DNA of 64,000 nucleotides from Clostridia bacterium (GTDB lineage Bacteria; Bacillota; Clostridia; JAAYHZ01). This document shows positions 41,056 to 52,541 of the stretch, piece after piece; position 1 is the first letter of the stretch, and each line of letters begins with the position of its first letter. The translations under genes were made by a program, and so were the position numbers. Under the pieces are notes generated by a model. The model saw nothing but the letters and a program-made list of their open reading frames with translations. It was not told the DNA's origin and searched no databases. The stretch lies in contig JBMNIH010000011.1 of NCBI GenBank assembly GCA_050950825.1, forward strand, positions 1-64,000. The letters are read 5' to 3'.

Positions 41056-43839
41056 CTATTTCACATTCTTGTATTGGTAGCTTACGTCGTTTCCGTTTAT
41101 CGTGACCAACATAAATTGCAGGGGTTCGGTTTCGGATATTTTCTTAAACTCCATATATCGAACACCCTTTTCCAAACGGACGGAATCGGTGCTTCCTTCA
41201 CTGAAAACCCACACTTGATCGAATTTTTTCCTTCGATATTCCTCCAATTTTTCAACAAACAGCTTCGCTTCCCGCCTGTCGCTAAAGGCGCCCGGTCCGT
41301 TTGTCATGAATATGAAAACATTTTTGGCATTCGCCTTGTCCAATTCATCCAAGAACCGCTTCCACTGTTCCGGTTTGGAGGTCAAGCTCTTGTTCTTCGT
41401 ATCCAACCGGATGATAAGATTGTCCTTTTGATAGGAGAAAGAATACCCTTCCTTCGTGTCCAAACTCGGAATATGAAGGGCCAAAGCCTCTTTCATGGCA
41501 CCTTCTCCCGGAAAAGCGGCGAAATCGTAAAGGTTATTCAAAGTGTCCGCTAAAGTCGCTATTTCCTTTCGCAGGCTCGGATTTTCCGCTTGTCCCATAA
41601 CGGCGAATCGGAAATCTCCCTCCGGTCGTAAAGATACCGTCGGTTTTAAAGCGCCGTCGGAGGGCTTCGGAACGTTCGGCAGGGTAACCGCATTTTGAGG
41701 GTACCGAATGATGCTTTCTTGAAGATCGTCAAGCAAAATGTATCCGAAATTGGATCCTTCTTTTGTTTTGGAAACGGAAAATCCCGTCAATCGCGCAGGC
41801 TTAGCGATTTTTTCAACGGATACCTTCAGCGTCCTCCAACCGGTCCAATCCATGGACTCCGCAAAAACAACCGTTTGTTTTTTCCCGTTGGCATCGACAA
41901 TCTCCCCTGTCAGCTTGTTGTAATTCTTCATGTTGGCATATACCCGGATGCTGAGCTCGGATACGTCCTTATCGATAAGAAGACCTTCTCCTTTGTAAGC
42001 GGCTACGGCCGGGTTCGATTGAAGCAGGTTGAAATTAAGCATTCCGGACATATATCCCGAGACCTTTTGCCCGTAGGAGGGAATCAACGCACCGGCGGAA
42101 TAAAGCTCGAGGTTTTCAAAGGAATCCAAGACCTTGCTTTCCCCTCGGGCGACCCTTAATACGGCATATGCCTTGGCCTTGCCGACGGATAGGGTCACCG
42201 TATCGGTTCCGCTTACATAGGGCGTCAAAAGCCCGTCTTTTGCCCCTCCTTCGTTTTTATCGAAGGACCATTGAATGTCTTTTGCCGAAATCATCGCTTC
42301 CATACCGTTTTTGTCCCTTCCGATCACGGAAGGAAGCTCCGTGGTTTCTCCCGCTACGGCATACAAATCGGAAGGAGGTAAAATACTCACCGGTTCATCC
42401 AATACCAAAATATCGAGTTCGGCGGTAAGAAGACCTACTTTTGCCGTGACGGTTCCTCTTCCCGTCGAGGAAGGATAAAAGGTATTGCCTTTGAAAACGC
42501 CTTCCACGCCCTTTACGCTCCATACGGGATTGTAGCCCGTAAGGTCCGCAAGGTTTCCGTTTGCATCCGTCGCCGTCACGGTAAAGATTCTTCCCGTGTT
42601 GACGAATACGGCATCGTCTTCCGTTCGTATGTACAGCTTACTCATGGCGGATGCGGGCGCGACGGATACGACTCCTATGGCCGCAGGCACCTTTCGCAAA
42701 TACCCGTCGGAAGGATTGTTCAAAACCTCCGTCTCCTTAGAGCCGGTTTTTCTTCCGACCATGGTAGTGGAGCCGCCTCCGTCAAAATTTAATGCATTGT
42801 AAGCACCCAATTCCTGCATAAGGCGAGCCAATTCCTCTTGGGTCATGCCTTTGCTTCCCTGCTGTCTTCCGTCTACCGCCACCATAATGACGGTACCGCC
42901 GTCTTTCGTTATTCCGATGGCGGTTCTCGGATGGGTTCCCGTTATGCTATGGGAAAATGAAGAAGGAATGACGCCGTCCTTGACAAGCACGCCGCCTCCC
43001 GTCAAAGCGTTTTGAATCTTGTTGACATCCAAATTCGCTCGAACTTCAAAACGGACGGTTTCTCCGATTTTGAAGTTGGAATTGAAAAGATGAACGCCGG
43101 CCTTTTTTGTAACGACTACAAAACCGTTTTCCGGAATTCTTACGGCAGGCTTGTAGTTTCGAATATCCGTTACGCGGCCGTTTTCAATAACCATTTCCAC
43201 GAAGTCGGAGTTGGCGGACCCCGGCGAATATTCGCCCCAATTTCGGTCCAAAACCGTAAGATCGTTGTAACCGTAATAGGGCATGTTGTACCTGCCTACG
43301 GGAACCTCTTTTCCTCTTTGGTTTACCAAGTAAAGATCGACCTTCCAGTAGTCGATCAAGGGATTATCGAATCGATCCACGGAAAAAGTGGCCATTTGGT
43401 TTTTATTTCGGTTAAAATCATACGATGCGGTTTTTACTTTTCCGGATTCCACCACAGGCCCTATAATCGCCGTTTCACCTGCAACATGGGTCGTATTGAA
43501 AAAGGATCCGTTAATGGCGGCAACGGCTCCCGCCTCTTCCGCAAATTCCTTCACGGTTTTCGGAATCACCAAAGAATCGGTATTAACAAAAGTCTCAAGC
43601 TTGACGTACGGATTTTTCACGTCCACATAAAGGACATGAATGTTTTGCCAGCCGGCGCTTGTAAAGCGGACGATGTTTTCATAATCGATCCCGGCGGCAA
43701 ACGTCTCTTTGGATACGGATTCGTAGTAGATAAGGTCGGATGCGAATGCATTCTTAAGTCCGAAAAGCGGACTTGCGGCCATGACAAAAGCCATAAATGC
43801 AATCCATATTTTTTTAAATAGTCTCTTTTTCGTAAACAT
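41056..43839 (-). CDS. Secreted phosphodiester glycosidase (NAGPA-family) multidomain protein
   Basis: Signal peptide, AAINGSFF, HPRTAIG, VDGRQ, NFDGGGST, NNPSDG. Confidence 0.85.
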   Translation of the reverse strand: MFTKKRLFKKIWIAFMAFVMAASPLFGLKNAFASDLIYYESVSKETFAAGIDYENIVRFTSAGWQNIHVLYVDVKNPYVKLETFVNTDSLVIPKTVKEFAEEAGAVAAINGSFFNTTHVAGETAIIGPVVESGKVKTASYDFNRNKNQMATFSVDRFDNPLIDYWKVDLYLVNQRGKEVPVGRYNMPYYGYNDLTVLDRNWGEYSPGSANSDFVEMVIENGRVTDIRNYKPAVRIPENGFVVVTKKAGVHLFNSNFKIGETVRFEVRANLDVNKIQNALTGGGVLVKDGVIPSSFSHSITGTHPRTAIGITKDGGTVIMVAVDGRQQGSKGMTQEELARLMQELGAYNALNFDGGGSTTMVGRKTGSKETEVLNNPSDGYLRKVPAAIGVVSVAPASAMSKLYIRTEDDAVFVNTGRIFTVTATDANGNLADLTGYNPVWSVKGVEGVFKGNTFYPSSTGRGTVTAKVGLLTAELDILVLDEPVSILPPSDLYAVAGETTELPSVIGRDKNGMEAMISAKDIQWSFDKNEGGAKDGLLTPYVSGTDTVTLSVGKAKAYAVLRVARGESKVLDSFENLELYSAGALIPSYGQKVSGYMSGMLNFNLLQSNPAVAAYKGEGLLIDKDVSELSIRVYANMKNYNKLTGEIVDANGKKQTVVFAESMDWTGWRTLKVSVEKIAKPARLTGFSVSKTKEGSNFGYILLDDLQESIIRYPQNAVTLPNVPKPSDGALKPTVSLRPEGDFRFAVMGQAENPSLRKEIATLADTLNNLYDFAAFPGEGAMKEALALHIPSLDTKEGYSFSYQKDNLIIRLDTKNKSLTSKPEQWKRFLDELDKANAKNVFIFMTNGPGAFSDRREAKLFVEKLEEYRRKKFDQVWVFSEGSTDSVRLEKGVRYMEFKKISETEPLQFMLVTINGNDVSYQYKNVK

Positions 43840-43977
43840 GGAACCCCCCTTGGTTGTAAATTCATCTTAGGCCTATTATATATTAGACGTAAAATTTGTC
43901 CGGTAAGTTCCGGCAGGTATAAAAAATAAAAAAAAAGAAAGCACCCTTTGTGCCTTCTTTAACGCTCCGTATTAGGT

Positions 43978-44166
43978 TCATTCGTCAATGGAAATGGCTT
44001 CCGTAGGACACTGATCCCGAGCATCTTCCGCAGTCTCAATGTATTCGTCGATTTCGTCTTCGATAGCTACCGCATACCCTTCATCGCTCATGCTGAAAAC
44101 GTCCGGACAAATTTCCGTGCACAGTTCGCAACCGATGCAAAGATCCTTATCAACAAATGCTTTCAT
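43978..44166 (-). CDS. Ferredoxin
   Basis: CIGCELC...CPDVF...CPTEAI, 62 aa. Confidence 0.92.
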   Translation of the reverse strand: MKAFVDKDLCIGCELCTEICPDVFSMSDEGYAVAIEDEIDEYIETAEDARDQCPTEAISIDE

Positions 44167-44390
44167 AAATTCTTTTCTCCTTTACATATATGTTTATTTA
44201 TGAGGGTGAGAAGCCTTCAAGGTTTCTCAGCCGCTTTTTGCGCAAAATGACGCTTAGAGATCCTTTCCTCTTTTCTCTCATTATATACATTTTTACACAA
44301 TTGATGTTGTCTTGTCTATTATAGGATACATAGGAGATGCATTCGGTAACCGGTGTTACCATAAGAGAAAAGAGAAAGCGACGGATAAAA

Positions 44391-44570
44391 TCACGGAGGA
44401 CCTATAAGCCTTTTCCATACGGGAATAAAGAACAGAAGAGATATCACCATGACCAAAAAATCGGCTACGGGAGTCGCCCATACGATTCCGTATACACCGA
44501 ACAAGGCATAAAACAAAATCATAAAAGGGATATCCAACCCCCTTTTTCTTAACAGGGATAAAAGCAAAGG
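44391..44570 (-). pseudogene. C-terminal remnant of a MATE efflux protein
   Basis: LLRKRGLDIPFM...GVYGIVWATPVADF resembles the last MATE helices. No upstream body. Confidence 0.55.
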
Positions 44571-44654
44571 ACGGCCCAAGAGCGGTTCCTCTCTCCTCTT
44601 CAAATCTTAATTTTTACAGAAATTTTATAACAAAGCAAGATAAAGTGTTACATT

Positions 44655-44688
44655 AAGGCAAAGGACGGATAATACCGTCCCCTGCCTT
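44655..44688 (-). terminator. Hairpin downstream of SLH gene
   Basis: AAGGCAAAGGACGG...CCGTCCCCTGCCTT. Confidence 0.55.
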
Positions 44689-44717
44689 GATATACTATGA
44701 ACTTGGCGTTGTTTTCT

Positions 44718-47700
44718 TTATTTCGCCAACAGATTGTATATGACTTGAGCCGCCTCCGCTCTCGTGGAGGTACCCTTCGGGTTGATCTTTCCTTCGTGCC
44801 CTCGGATGATTCCCGCTTTTACAAATGAGGTTACCGCTTCTTTCGCCCAAGAAGCCACATCCGATGCGTCGGAGAAGGCGTATAGGGATTTTCCGGTATT
44901 CTCTTGCGGAAGTTGTCCCAAAATCTTTAGGGCATTGTACATCATTACGAACATTTCCTGACGGGTGATTTCCTTGTCCGGCGCAAACAGGTTGTTCCCG
45001 ATACCGTCTACAATCTTCAATCGTTTTGCCATCGCCAGATAGGAGGTGTAATAAGTGTCCCCGGCATCGGCGAAGTTGTCTTTCGGATTTTCATCGGGCT
45101 CAATGCCGTATGCACGCATCAGGATGACAAGGAACTGTCCGCGAGTCAGTTTCCCATTCGGATTGAACTTGCCGTCACCCGTACCGAGGGTGATGCCCCT
45201 TGCCGCCATGAAGCTTACCGCATCATGATACCAAGCGTTTTCCGCTACGTCGCTGAACTTCACTCGGTTGTACGCCACCGCATAATGGCTGAAGTGATCG
45301 ACGGTGAAGGTAACCGTACCTGTTACCGAATCGTACCGTCCGTTAGTCACCGTTACCACGTTGCCGGCTCCGTCGATATACCATACCACGATACTGTCGG
45401 GGTTGGCCAGCTCTTCGGGAGTCGGGGTATACGGGATGGACACCGTTACGGGCGCATTCGGATTGTTCCATTCCGTTTGCTTTCCGTCCACCGAAAGCGA
45501 AAGATTTATCAACGGCCTGTCGCCTATTCTTTCTCTTACGTCTTCCGGCAACGTGGACTTATCCCCTTGCCCGATGGTAATACGAGCCTTGCTTCCGTCC
45601 GTGTTCGGAATACCGGTCAACATATTGGAGGGGATGACAATGCTTCCTACGTTCGTAGTGACCGTGATCGTCCTTTCGGTTGTATCCTTTTTCAGATCCG
45701 CCACAGGTATGTCTAACGAATAGGTGTAAACATTCGGAATCGAGGGCATGGTAAGCAAGAGGTCTTCTTCACCGGTTTCTTGAGCGCCCAAGTCCGTAAC
45801 CGCCGTTCCGGTGCTCATGTTAACGGTAAGAGGAAGGGATCTTTCCAAACCGCTTTCGAATTTCAAACCCGCTCTGTATAGAGGTGTTACCGGAGGACTT
45901 ACCGGAACGCTCGGAGTATCTCCGCTTGACTTCCAGTTAGCCGTTACGGTCACGGCTTTTCCGGGCATGACAAAGGTTGTCGTGGCACTGCTTGCATCCG
46001 CAAATGTTACGCCGTCTTCGGAGGTCCAACCGTCAAAGCTGTAGTTTTGGCGACTTCCCGCGTGAATCGTTACGGTCTCGCCTTCCTCGTAGCTTCCTGC
46101 ACCGGTTGTGTCCGCATAGCTTCCGTTAACCGTTACGGTATAGGTGGCTGCGGGGATATCTTCGTAAACGGCGGTTATTTCTACAGGATTTGCAGGCATC
46201 AAAAAGCTTGTCACGGGCTCATTAGGATTTTCCAACGTGATGCCACCGCTTACTACCTGCCATTCCTTGAATCGTTGCCCGGCCGGCGGAGTATCCGCCG
46301 TTATAACAACGGTTGCATCTTGTTCATATTGGCCGCTTCCCGTTCCGTTGTTGACGGTGACAGTGTAGGTAGGAACCGGTTCGGCGACGGGAGTAGCCGT
46401 CACGGTTGCCGCATCGCTGTTTCCTACGGCGTTGAACGCCCGCACCTTGAAGGTGTATTCCGTATCGTTAGTCAAGCCGGTGAAGACATAAGTCGTATTC
46501 AACCCAACATCCGTCCAACTTGCGCCGGCGTCGGAGGAAACTTCGTATCTTGTAATTGCACTTCCGCCGTCATCCGAAGGTGCAGACCAACTTAATTCTA
46601 CCTGACTGTCACCGGGGGTCGCAGTAAAGCCTTGCGGCACCGATGGCACGGTAATCGGTGTCTCTTCCGAACCTCGGTCGTAAACAAATACATCGTAAGA
46701 ATCGTTATTATCATAGGGAACCAAGTTGGATGCATACGATTCGAAAGCTACATAACGACCGTTTCCGCTAATGTCCACATAGCCGGAAAGATAGTTGTAA
46801 CCGACATCAGCCTCCGTACCGTCGGCGGCAACACTGACTCTTTCCGTTGTGTTGTTTACAAGATCGCGGACAAAAACATCATAAGCATTGTTGTTATCAT
46901 TAGGAACTAAGTTTGATGCAAGGGACGAGAAAACGACAAATCGCCCGTCGGCACTGATAGCCGCTGCATCGCTATTGTTGTTTCCTGCATTACCTTCGGA
47001 ATCTACGCTCACAAGAACCATTTTTCTTTCAACACGGTCATAAACATAGATATCGTCAAAGGTGTTGGTGTCTTCATCGACCAAAGGAATCTCATTGGTT
47101 GAGAAGATTACAAAGCGGCCGTCTCCACTGATATCGGGGTAAGCACCTGTTACAGGCACTTCCTGTTCGTTTTCATATCTCTTGGAAATAAGCTCGAAGG
47201 TATCGGTTTCGGGAAGATATACATATGTAAAGTTATCATTAACATATTCGTCGAAGAATACCCAAGCTTCGAAAGCAATCACACTACCGTCAAAACTAAT
47301 GGAAGGATTAAATGCCCCTTCTACGACTCCTCCCGGGAACAGTAGGATAATCGATTCGAGTTGTTGTTTGGCTCTCCCGATCTCGGATATAGATGTATTG
47401 TTTTCCGTCGTATATGTCGTTTGTTAAATTACCCGATTCGCTGCTAAAAGCAATATACCGGCCGTCTTCGCTTACGGCGGGCCTAGAATAGTCCGTAAAA
47501 CCTGCCGCCGTTCGTCCGTCCCGATGCTTACCAATTAAGGTGGTAATATATGGCACGTAATTGTACGGAAAAAATATAATCGGTAGAAGGAGCAAGTTCT
47601 GTAATCGGAAAGCGGTTAACGTTTGCGTCTCCGTATATATAATCGATGGGAATCACCGCTACAACTTGCCCTTGGTTAAAGATTCGATATTCCTGAATTT

Positions 47701-48079
47701 CACAATTTTCGTCAATAATCGTTGCCTTTGACCATTCCAAAACGGCACCGGTTCGGCCGACAGCCAAAACATCAATATAAGAATCCGCCGGCCAAACGGG
47801 AGTATCCGGCGATTCGGTCATAGTAAACTCCTCTAAGGAAATGGGCGTATTCCACGGCCAATTGCCGCTGTCAGTCGGGCTTGTATAAGAAATCCATGCC
47901 GGTACACCGCGAGGCACCGGAGTGTCGTTCTCGTTTAAAACATGAACAGGTTCGTTTTTTTCGTTCGTAACTTTTCCACAAATTACCAAATACTCAAGAC
48001 CGGCTGACGACACGGTTACAGGGTTGCAAAGCATGACAACCATCAGAACACATAGTACCAAAGACAAAATCTTTTTCAT
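44718..48079 (-). CDS. Cell-surface SLH protein (TolB-like/PD40 propeller, FN3, InlB-B-type repeats, three SLH), split into three ORFs by frameshifts
   Basis: Signal peptide at 48079. Repeated ISGDGRFVIFS/ISADGRFVVFSS/ISGNGRYVAFES. FN3 LSWSAP...YTFKVRAFN. SLH FNPNGKLTRGQ/FAPDKEITRQE/STRAEAA. Confidence 0.85.
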
Positions 48080-48292
48080 TTCAATCTCCTTCCATTAAAG
48101 AATTTCGATACCTTTCAATCTTCGGGGAACCTCAAAAGATTTTTCAACGAAGCCATACCCTTTGTTACAAGGGCATGTAGCCTTTTTATACTATTGAAGT
48201 TATGAGCAATTTCCCCTTAAAAAACTACCGATGCTATCCTAAGTTGTCCTTCGATTATATCTATATTTTATAAGTTTGCCGTATATATAGAT

Positions 48293-48468
48293 AGTTCATT
48301 TAGGATTAAAATTAGTAAGGAAAATGTTATTTACAATGTAATTGTTACGGACAAGCTGCCATGTCCTATATGGAGATGAGGTTTTGTATAGGGCATATTC
48401 ACGACGCGTCCCCTCGTGTGTCCCCTATGAGTTCATATAGGCTTAAATTTAGTAAGGAAAATGTTGTT
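48293..48468. repeat. 39-bp direct repeat (48293-48331, 48430-48468), 35/39 identical
   Basis: AGTTCATTTAGGATTAAAATTAGTAAGGAAAATGTTATT vs AGTTCATATAGGCTTAAATTTAGTAAGGAAAATGTTGTT. Confidence 0.85.
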
Positions 48469-48577
48469 CTAAAATATGGCAGAAAAAAATAAAGACTTCT
48501 TTTTAATACTGTGAAGAAGTCAACGCCGGATCAATTACGATTCTAAAGAAATAGGGAACTGTTTTATGATTCCGTAA

Positions 48578-49354
48578 TCACGAAAAAGACATTTTACGGA
48601 ATTCGGAGGGGGATACGCCGACCCTGTCTTTGAATAATTTAGCGGAATGTCCGTTGTATTTCATGTTGCAGGCGGTAAAGGCTTGGGTCACGGTAAGGTT
48701 GGCGTCCAGCAGCTTTTCTTTAATCTTATTGATTTTATAACATATATAATACTCGTAGGGTGTAACGTCGGTATGCCTTTTAAAAAGCTTGGAGAAATGG
48801 GCAATGCTGAGTCCCGTCATACTTGCCATTTCTCGTAAATCAAACTTTTCCATCCATCGGTTTTCGATGTATTCTTTCGCTTTCTCAATCTCTTCCTTGC
48901 CTTGATAAACTCTTTTATTGATTAACAATGCCACGACGCAGATCACATTATTCTCATCATCAAAAACGGGAAACAAGGAGATGTCTTGGTACAGAGCCTT
49001 CACATCCATATCGTGTATTTGGTAACGATCCGTGATGCCTTCTAAGGGCACTCGAACATCCGAGAAAAATACGGTCTCCCCCCGGAAAGCTCGTTTCACC
49101 AAATGGACAAAGCCTGACGAAAGAATATCCGGGTCCTTGAAAATATTGTACTTACCAATAATTAAACTTGGATCAATTACCTTAAAATGGGACAACATGG
49201 CCTTGTTAACCAGTATGGATGTACCGTTAGGATCATAAATCTGAATTGAAAAAGGGAAGCTTTCGATTAATTGGGCTAAAAGCTCCTTATTCTCGTAAAG
49301 GGTTTGAATCGTTGCCTTAAAATCGTCTCTCTCAAATTCCGCGTTACGTGCCAT
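48578..49354 (-). CDS. AraC-family regulator with N-terminal PAS-like domain
   Basis: IESFPFSIQIYDPNG..VNKA. C-terminal AHFSKLFKRHTDVTPYEY...LFKDRVGVSPSEFR. Confidence 0.85.
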   Translation of the reverse strand: MARNAEFERDDFKATIQTLYENKELLAQLIESFPFSIQIYDPNGTSILVNKAMLSHFKVIDPSLIIGKYNIFKDPDILSSGFVHLVKRAFRGETVFFSDVRVPLEGITDRYQIHDMDVKALYQDISLFPVFDDENNVICVVALLINKRVYQGKEEIEKAKEYIENRWMEKFDLREMASMTGLSIAHFSKLFKRHTDVTPYEYYICYKINKIKEKLLDANLTVTQAFTACNMKYNGHSAKLFKDRVGVSPSEFRKMSFS

Positions 49355-49381
49355 ATATTACCACCTTTTTTTATCCTAATC

Positions 49382-50104
49382 TCACTTGGGTCTGACGTCC
49401 TCAACCTCTCGCTCCAAAAGCTCCAATTCACTTTTCTCGTTTACATGATAATAGTCGGTGTAATATAATCCGTTCTCCACCTTATACCAAGCAACCAATC
49501 GTTTGTTTTCCGTGTCGATTTCCACAAGCTGTAAGCAAAAAGCGTACTCAAACCGCTTTTTTTGATTGTTCCAAATCCAATAATAATACGGAAGACTGTT
49601 GTTCGGAACCCATCCGCATATCTCCAGATCCAAATATCCGTCAAAATTGACGTCCTTTAGATACGCCGATTCTTCGGCCGTAAAACACGCCGTATAGCCG
49701 TCGTCAATGCCGTCCACACCGTCAATATCGATAGCTTCCTTTACTTGTACGGATTGAAGGAGGGTCTTTTTGTCATAAACACGGATTTCTCGTACGCCGA
49801 AAAGCTCCGCATTCTCACTTTTCTTCCCTAGGACAAACAAAGTCAACAATTTTCCTTCATCGAACGGCATCTTCAGTATTTTCAGCACTTGATCCGATTC
49901 GAGGGGCAAATCATTAGGGATATCCGAATCGGAAAAAGATTCCGTTTCTTCTTTTGTTTCTTCTTCCGTTTCTTCGGTTGTTTCCCTTGTAGGTTCTTTC
50001 GTTGTCTCCAATTCCGATAGGGAATCTTCTTTTGCACAAGCGGTCCATAGGACCATATTAATAATCAAAGATAATCCTAGCAAAAATACAATAAAGCGCT
50101 TCAT
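49382..50104 (-). CDS. Putative lipoprotein with FG-GAP-like motif
   Basis: MKRFIVFLLG...WTAC lipobox-like, E/T-rich linker, DVNFDGYLDL. Confidence 0.65.
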   Translation of the reverse strand: MKRFIVFLLGLSLIINMVLWTACAKEDSLSELETTKEPTRETTEETEEETKEETESFSDSDIPNDLPLESDQVLKILKMPFDEGKLLTLFVLGKKSENAELFGVREIRVYDKKTLLQSVQVKEAIDIDGVDGIDDGYTACFTAEESAYLKDVNFDGYLDLEICGWVPNNSLPYYYWIWNNQKKRFEYAFCLQLVEIDTENKRLVAWYKVENGLYYTDYYHVNEKSELELLEREVEDVRPK

Positions 50105-50488
50105 ATGCACTCCTCGGACATACACAAGATTGTAATCCGCTCCCTTTTTATCTGTTCCTCATAACCTTTTAAAATAACCAAACATATATTGCCATTTACA
50201 GATACAGAATAGCACAACCGAAAAATTTAATCAACGAATGCATACCCTCGGAAGGGTCTCCCGTAATACCTTGCTCAACATCGTACAACCCATCGATTCG
50301 GTTCTGCATTCGGCTTTTTATGTATATTTTATTGTCTTTCTGCGAATATATTCTTTCGGGAAATCCGAAAAAAAGGCACATCGTTTGATCGTATAGCTTT
50401 GTCCTCTGCAATGCTAAAGACTTTTTAGGAATGGAGATTCTTCATTATATGATTTTGCTCATTTATATGGGTTTAGACCTTTACGGAA

Positions 50489-51643
50489 TCATCGCAGCTG
50501 TAAAAAATCGTCGCATTTTATTCTGTTTGCCTGCTTGTCTTCGTACATCAGCATGTCCAACTTCTTCATGAATTCCTCCGGGCTTTGCCATGAGAGGTTG
50601 TCGTAAACCGCATAACCCATACTGAAGCTTAGTTTGTACGTATGGGATGCGGTTTTGTTATACTTCTCCAAGCCTTCGTTGATTCTTTCGATCACCGATT
50701 CCAAGTCCTCTCGGTTGGATATATCCAAAATAATGAAGAATTCATCTCCTCCGTACCGAGCGATGAAGTCGCTGTTCCGAAGGCAGCTTTTTAGCAATTT
50801 TGCCGTCGCCTCCAGAGCTTGGTCTCCTACCGCATGTCCGTAGGTGTCGTTAATACACTTAAAATTATTGATATCGATCAATATGGCGGAAAAAGTCTTC
50901 TCTTTTGTGCATGTATTGATTTTTTCACTTAAGTAGGAATCGAGTCTTTTTCGATTGCTTACTCCCGTTAAGTAATCCGTATGCAGGCTGTGGTGTTGAA
51001 TGTTTAAAAATACCACCAGCAAAGAAAGTACGACGGCGTTAAGCACCATGGAGGTTCCGTAGTATACATATTGAATAAGAATGCCGACGGAAGGGGGGAG
51101 ACCGAAAAACATCAACGAGTTAAAGCTCTTTTTATCCAGCTTCTTTCGGTTTCTTATAATGATATAGAAAGAGATAAGCATTAACAAGGCGGTGAGCAAA
51201 GCCGCCAACCCAAAAAGCGGTCCTCGCCGATAGATGTTATCCTGATCGATGTCGTAAAACAATCCGTAAGGACGGGATACGCCGATCACAACAATATTGA
51301 TGATATTCACAGCAAGGAGAATACAAGACAGTCGTTTGATTTTTCTTTCATCACGAAATATTTGAAAGTGAACATAAATGACCCATAAAGACGGTAAGAG
51401 AGGATTCAGCATAAAGCTTAACAAATTACCGACTTCATTGAATACGGGGTAAACGGGAGAAGCAACCCCGTCGAATCGAGCCAAGGAATCGACGACCAGC
51501 ATAAACATGGTAACATACAGGACGGCTATATACAATTTATCTGATAAAGAATTCTTTTCTAAAAATTGCACAGCATGAATACAGATGACGATAAGAAAGG
51601 CAATAGAAAATGAATTCAATATTAATATACTTTCCAAATTCAT
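50489..51643 (-). CDS. Membrane-anchored diguanylate cyclase
   Basis: About seven TMs, DYLTGVSNR, DINNFKCINDTYGH..GD, ARYGGDEF. Confidence 0.92.
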   Translation of the reverse strand: MNLESILILNSFSIAFLIVICIHAVQFLEKNSLSDKLYIAVLYVTMFMLVVDSLARFDGVASPVYPVFNEVGNLLSFMLNPLLPSLWVIYVHFQIFRDERKIKRLSCILLAVNIINIVVIGVSRPYGLFYDIDQDNIYRRGPLFGLAALLTALLMLISFYIIIRNRKKLDKKSFNSLMFFGLPPSVGILIQYVYYGTSMVLNAVVLSLLVVFLNIQHHSLHTDYLTGVSNRKRLDSYLSEKINTCTKEKTFSAILIDINNFKCINDTYGHAVGDQALEATAKLLKSCLRNSDFIARYGGDEFFIILDISNREDLESVIERINEGLEKYNKTASHTYKLSFSMGYAVYDNLSWQSPEEFMKKLDMLMYEDKQANRIKCDDFLQLR

Positions 51644-51844
51644 GAAAGTTCACTCCGCATTAAAAGACACGAATGTCTGCCGCTTCTATTTATTTTACTC
51701 AATTCACCTTATTAAAATCGTCATCTCTTAAAATGCATACAAGTTTATTGAGTATATATATTACAATAATAAGTCTTGGAGCTTGAATATGTCAACTTCT
51801 TTAATCGTACCGTCCCTTTCGCTGCAGGTTGTATCCTTCATGCA

Positions 51845-52520
51845 TTAAAAAAGTCCTTCTTTTATGACGAGCCCGAGTCGCTCATGACCGTTACCGTCCT
51901 TTTTGTATGTTATGGCCACAGGAACAATGCTTCCGCTTGTCATTTCCAACCGATTTCCGTAAAGCCTGTAGGTTGCGCCGAAGGTAGTGACAAAAACCTT
52001 TAAATAATCCTTCTCTTCATATCTTCCGAAAATTTTCGGTGCAACAATCGTATATCCTTGCCGTCGGAACGAATGCTTTTCGATTTCGGTAGCATACGTC
52101 AATTTTTCTACAAGATCATCCCCGTCGTACGAAAAATCCGGCAGCTAAATTTTCTTACGGATTGATAAGGCTTCGTACCATTCCCAAGGAGAAAGGGTTT
52201 CATCGCTTACATTGTTTCGAACCCCTAAAATATCCTTGCAAAGCTCCATCATAATATAAAGTCCTTCCGCATTTCCTTCCTCAAATTGAGACAGCATATA
52301 AGAAAGCGCTTTTTCTCCTCCGAGTTTGATTATCGTCTCGTTTTCTTCTTGATGCGCTTGGATATATGCTTTAGGGTCGGAAGCCTTAATCATAGCCAAA
52401 AGATCTTCGACCAAGTTTCCTATCTCGTCCTCGGAAAGCGATTCGAATCCTTTTTCCAAAGCTTCTCTTTCCCTTTCATTTATTCTTTGGCTGTGTCCGG
52501 ATTGTAAAATATCGACCTCA
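51845..52520 (-). pseudogene. Degraded fragment of an exported-domain protein (possibly an M56/BlaR1-type C-terminus)
   Basis: Two short ORFs separated by an in-frame stop at 52145-52147, with no full-length start. Family guess from recall only. Confidence 0.4.
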
Positions 52521-52541
52521 TACTTAAAGCCTTAACTTATA

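Noticed and set aside
48080-48430. c-di-GMP riboswitch upstream of the SLH gene
   Set aside because: A GGCAAAC is present on the minus strand but the GAAA tetraloop stem and second GCAAA stem are not.
49945-50005. GAAGAAAC-type short tandem repeats
   Set aside because: They encode the Glu/Thr-rich linker of the lipoprotein.
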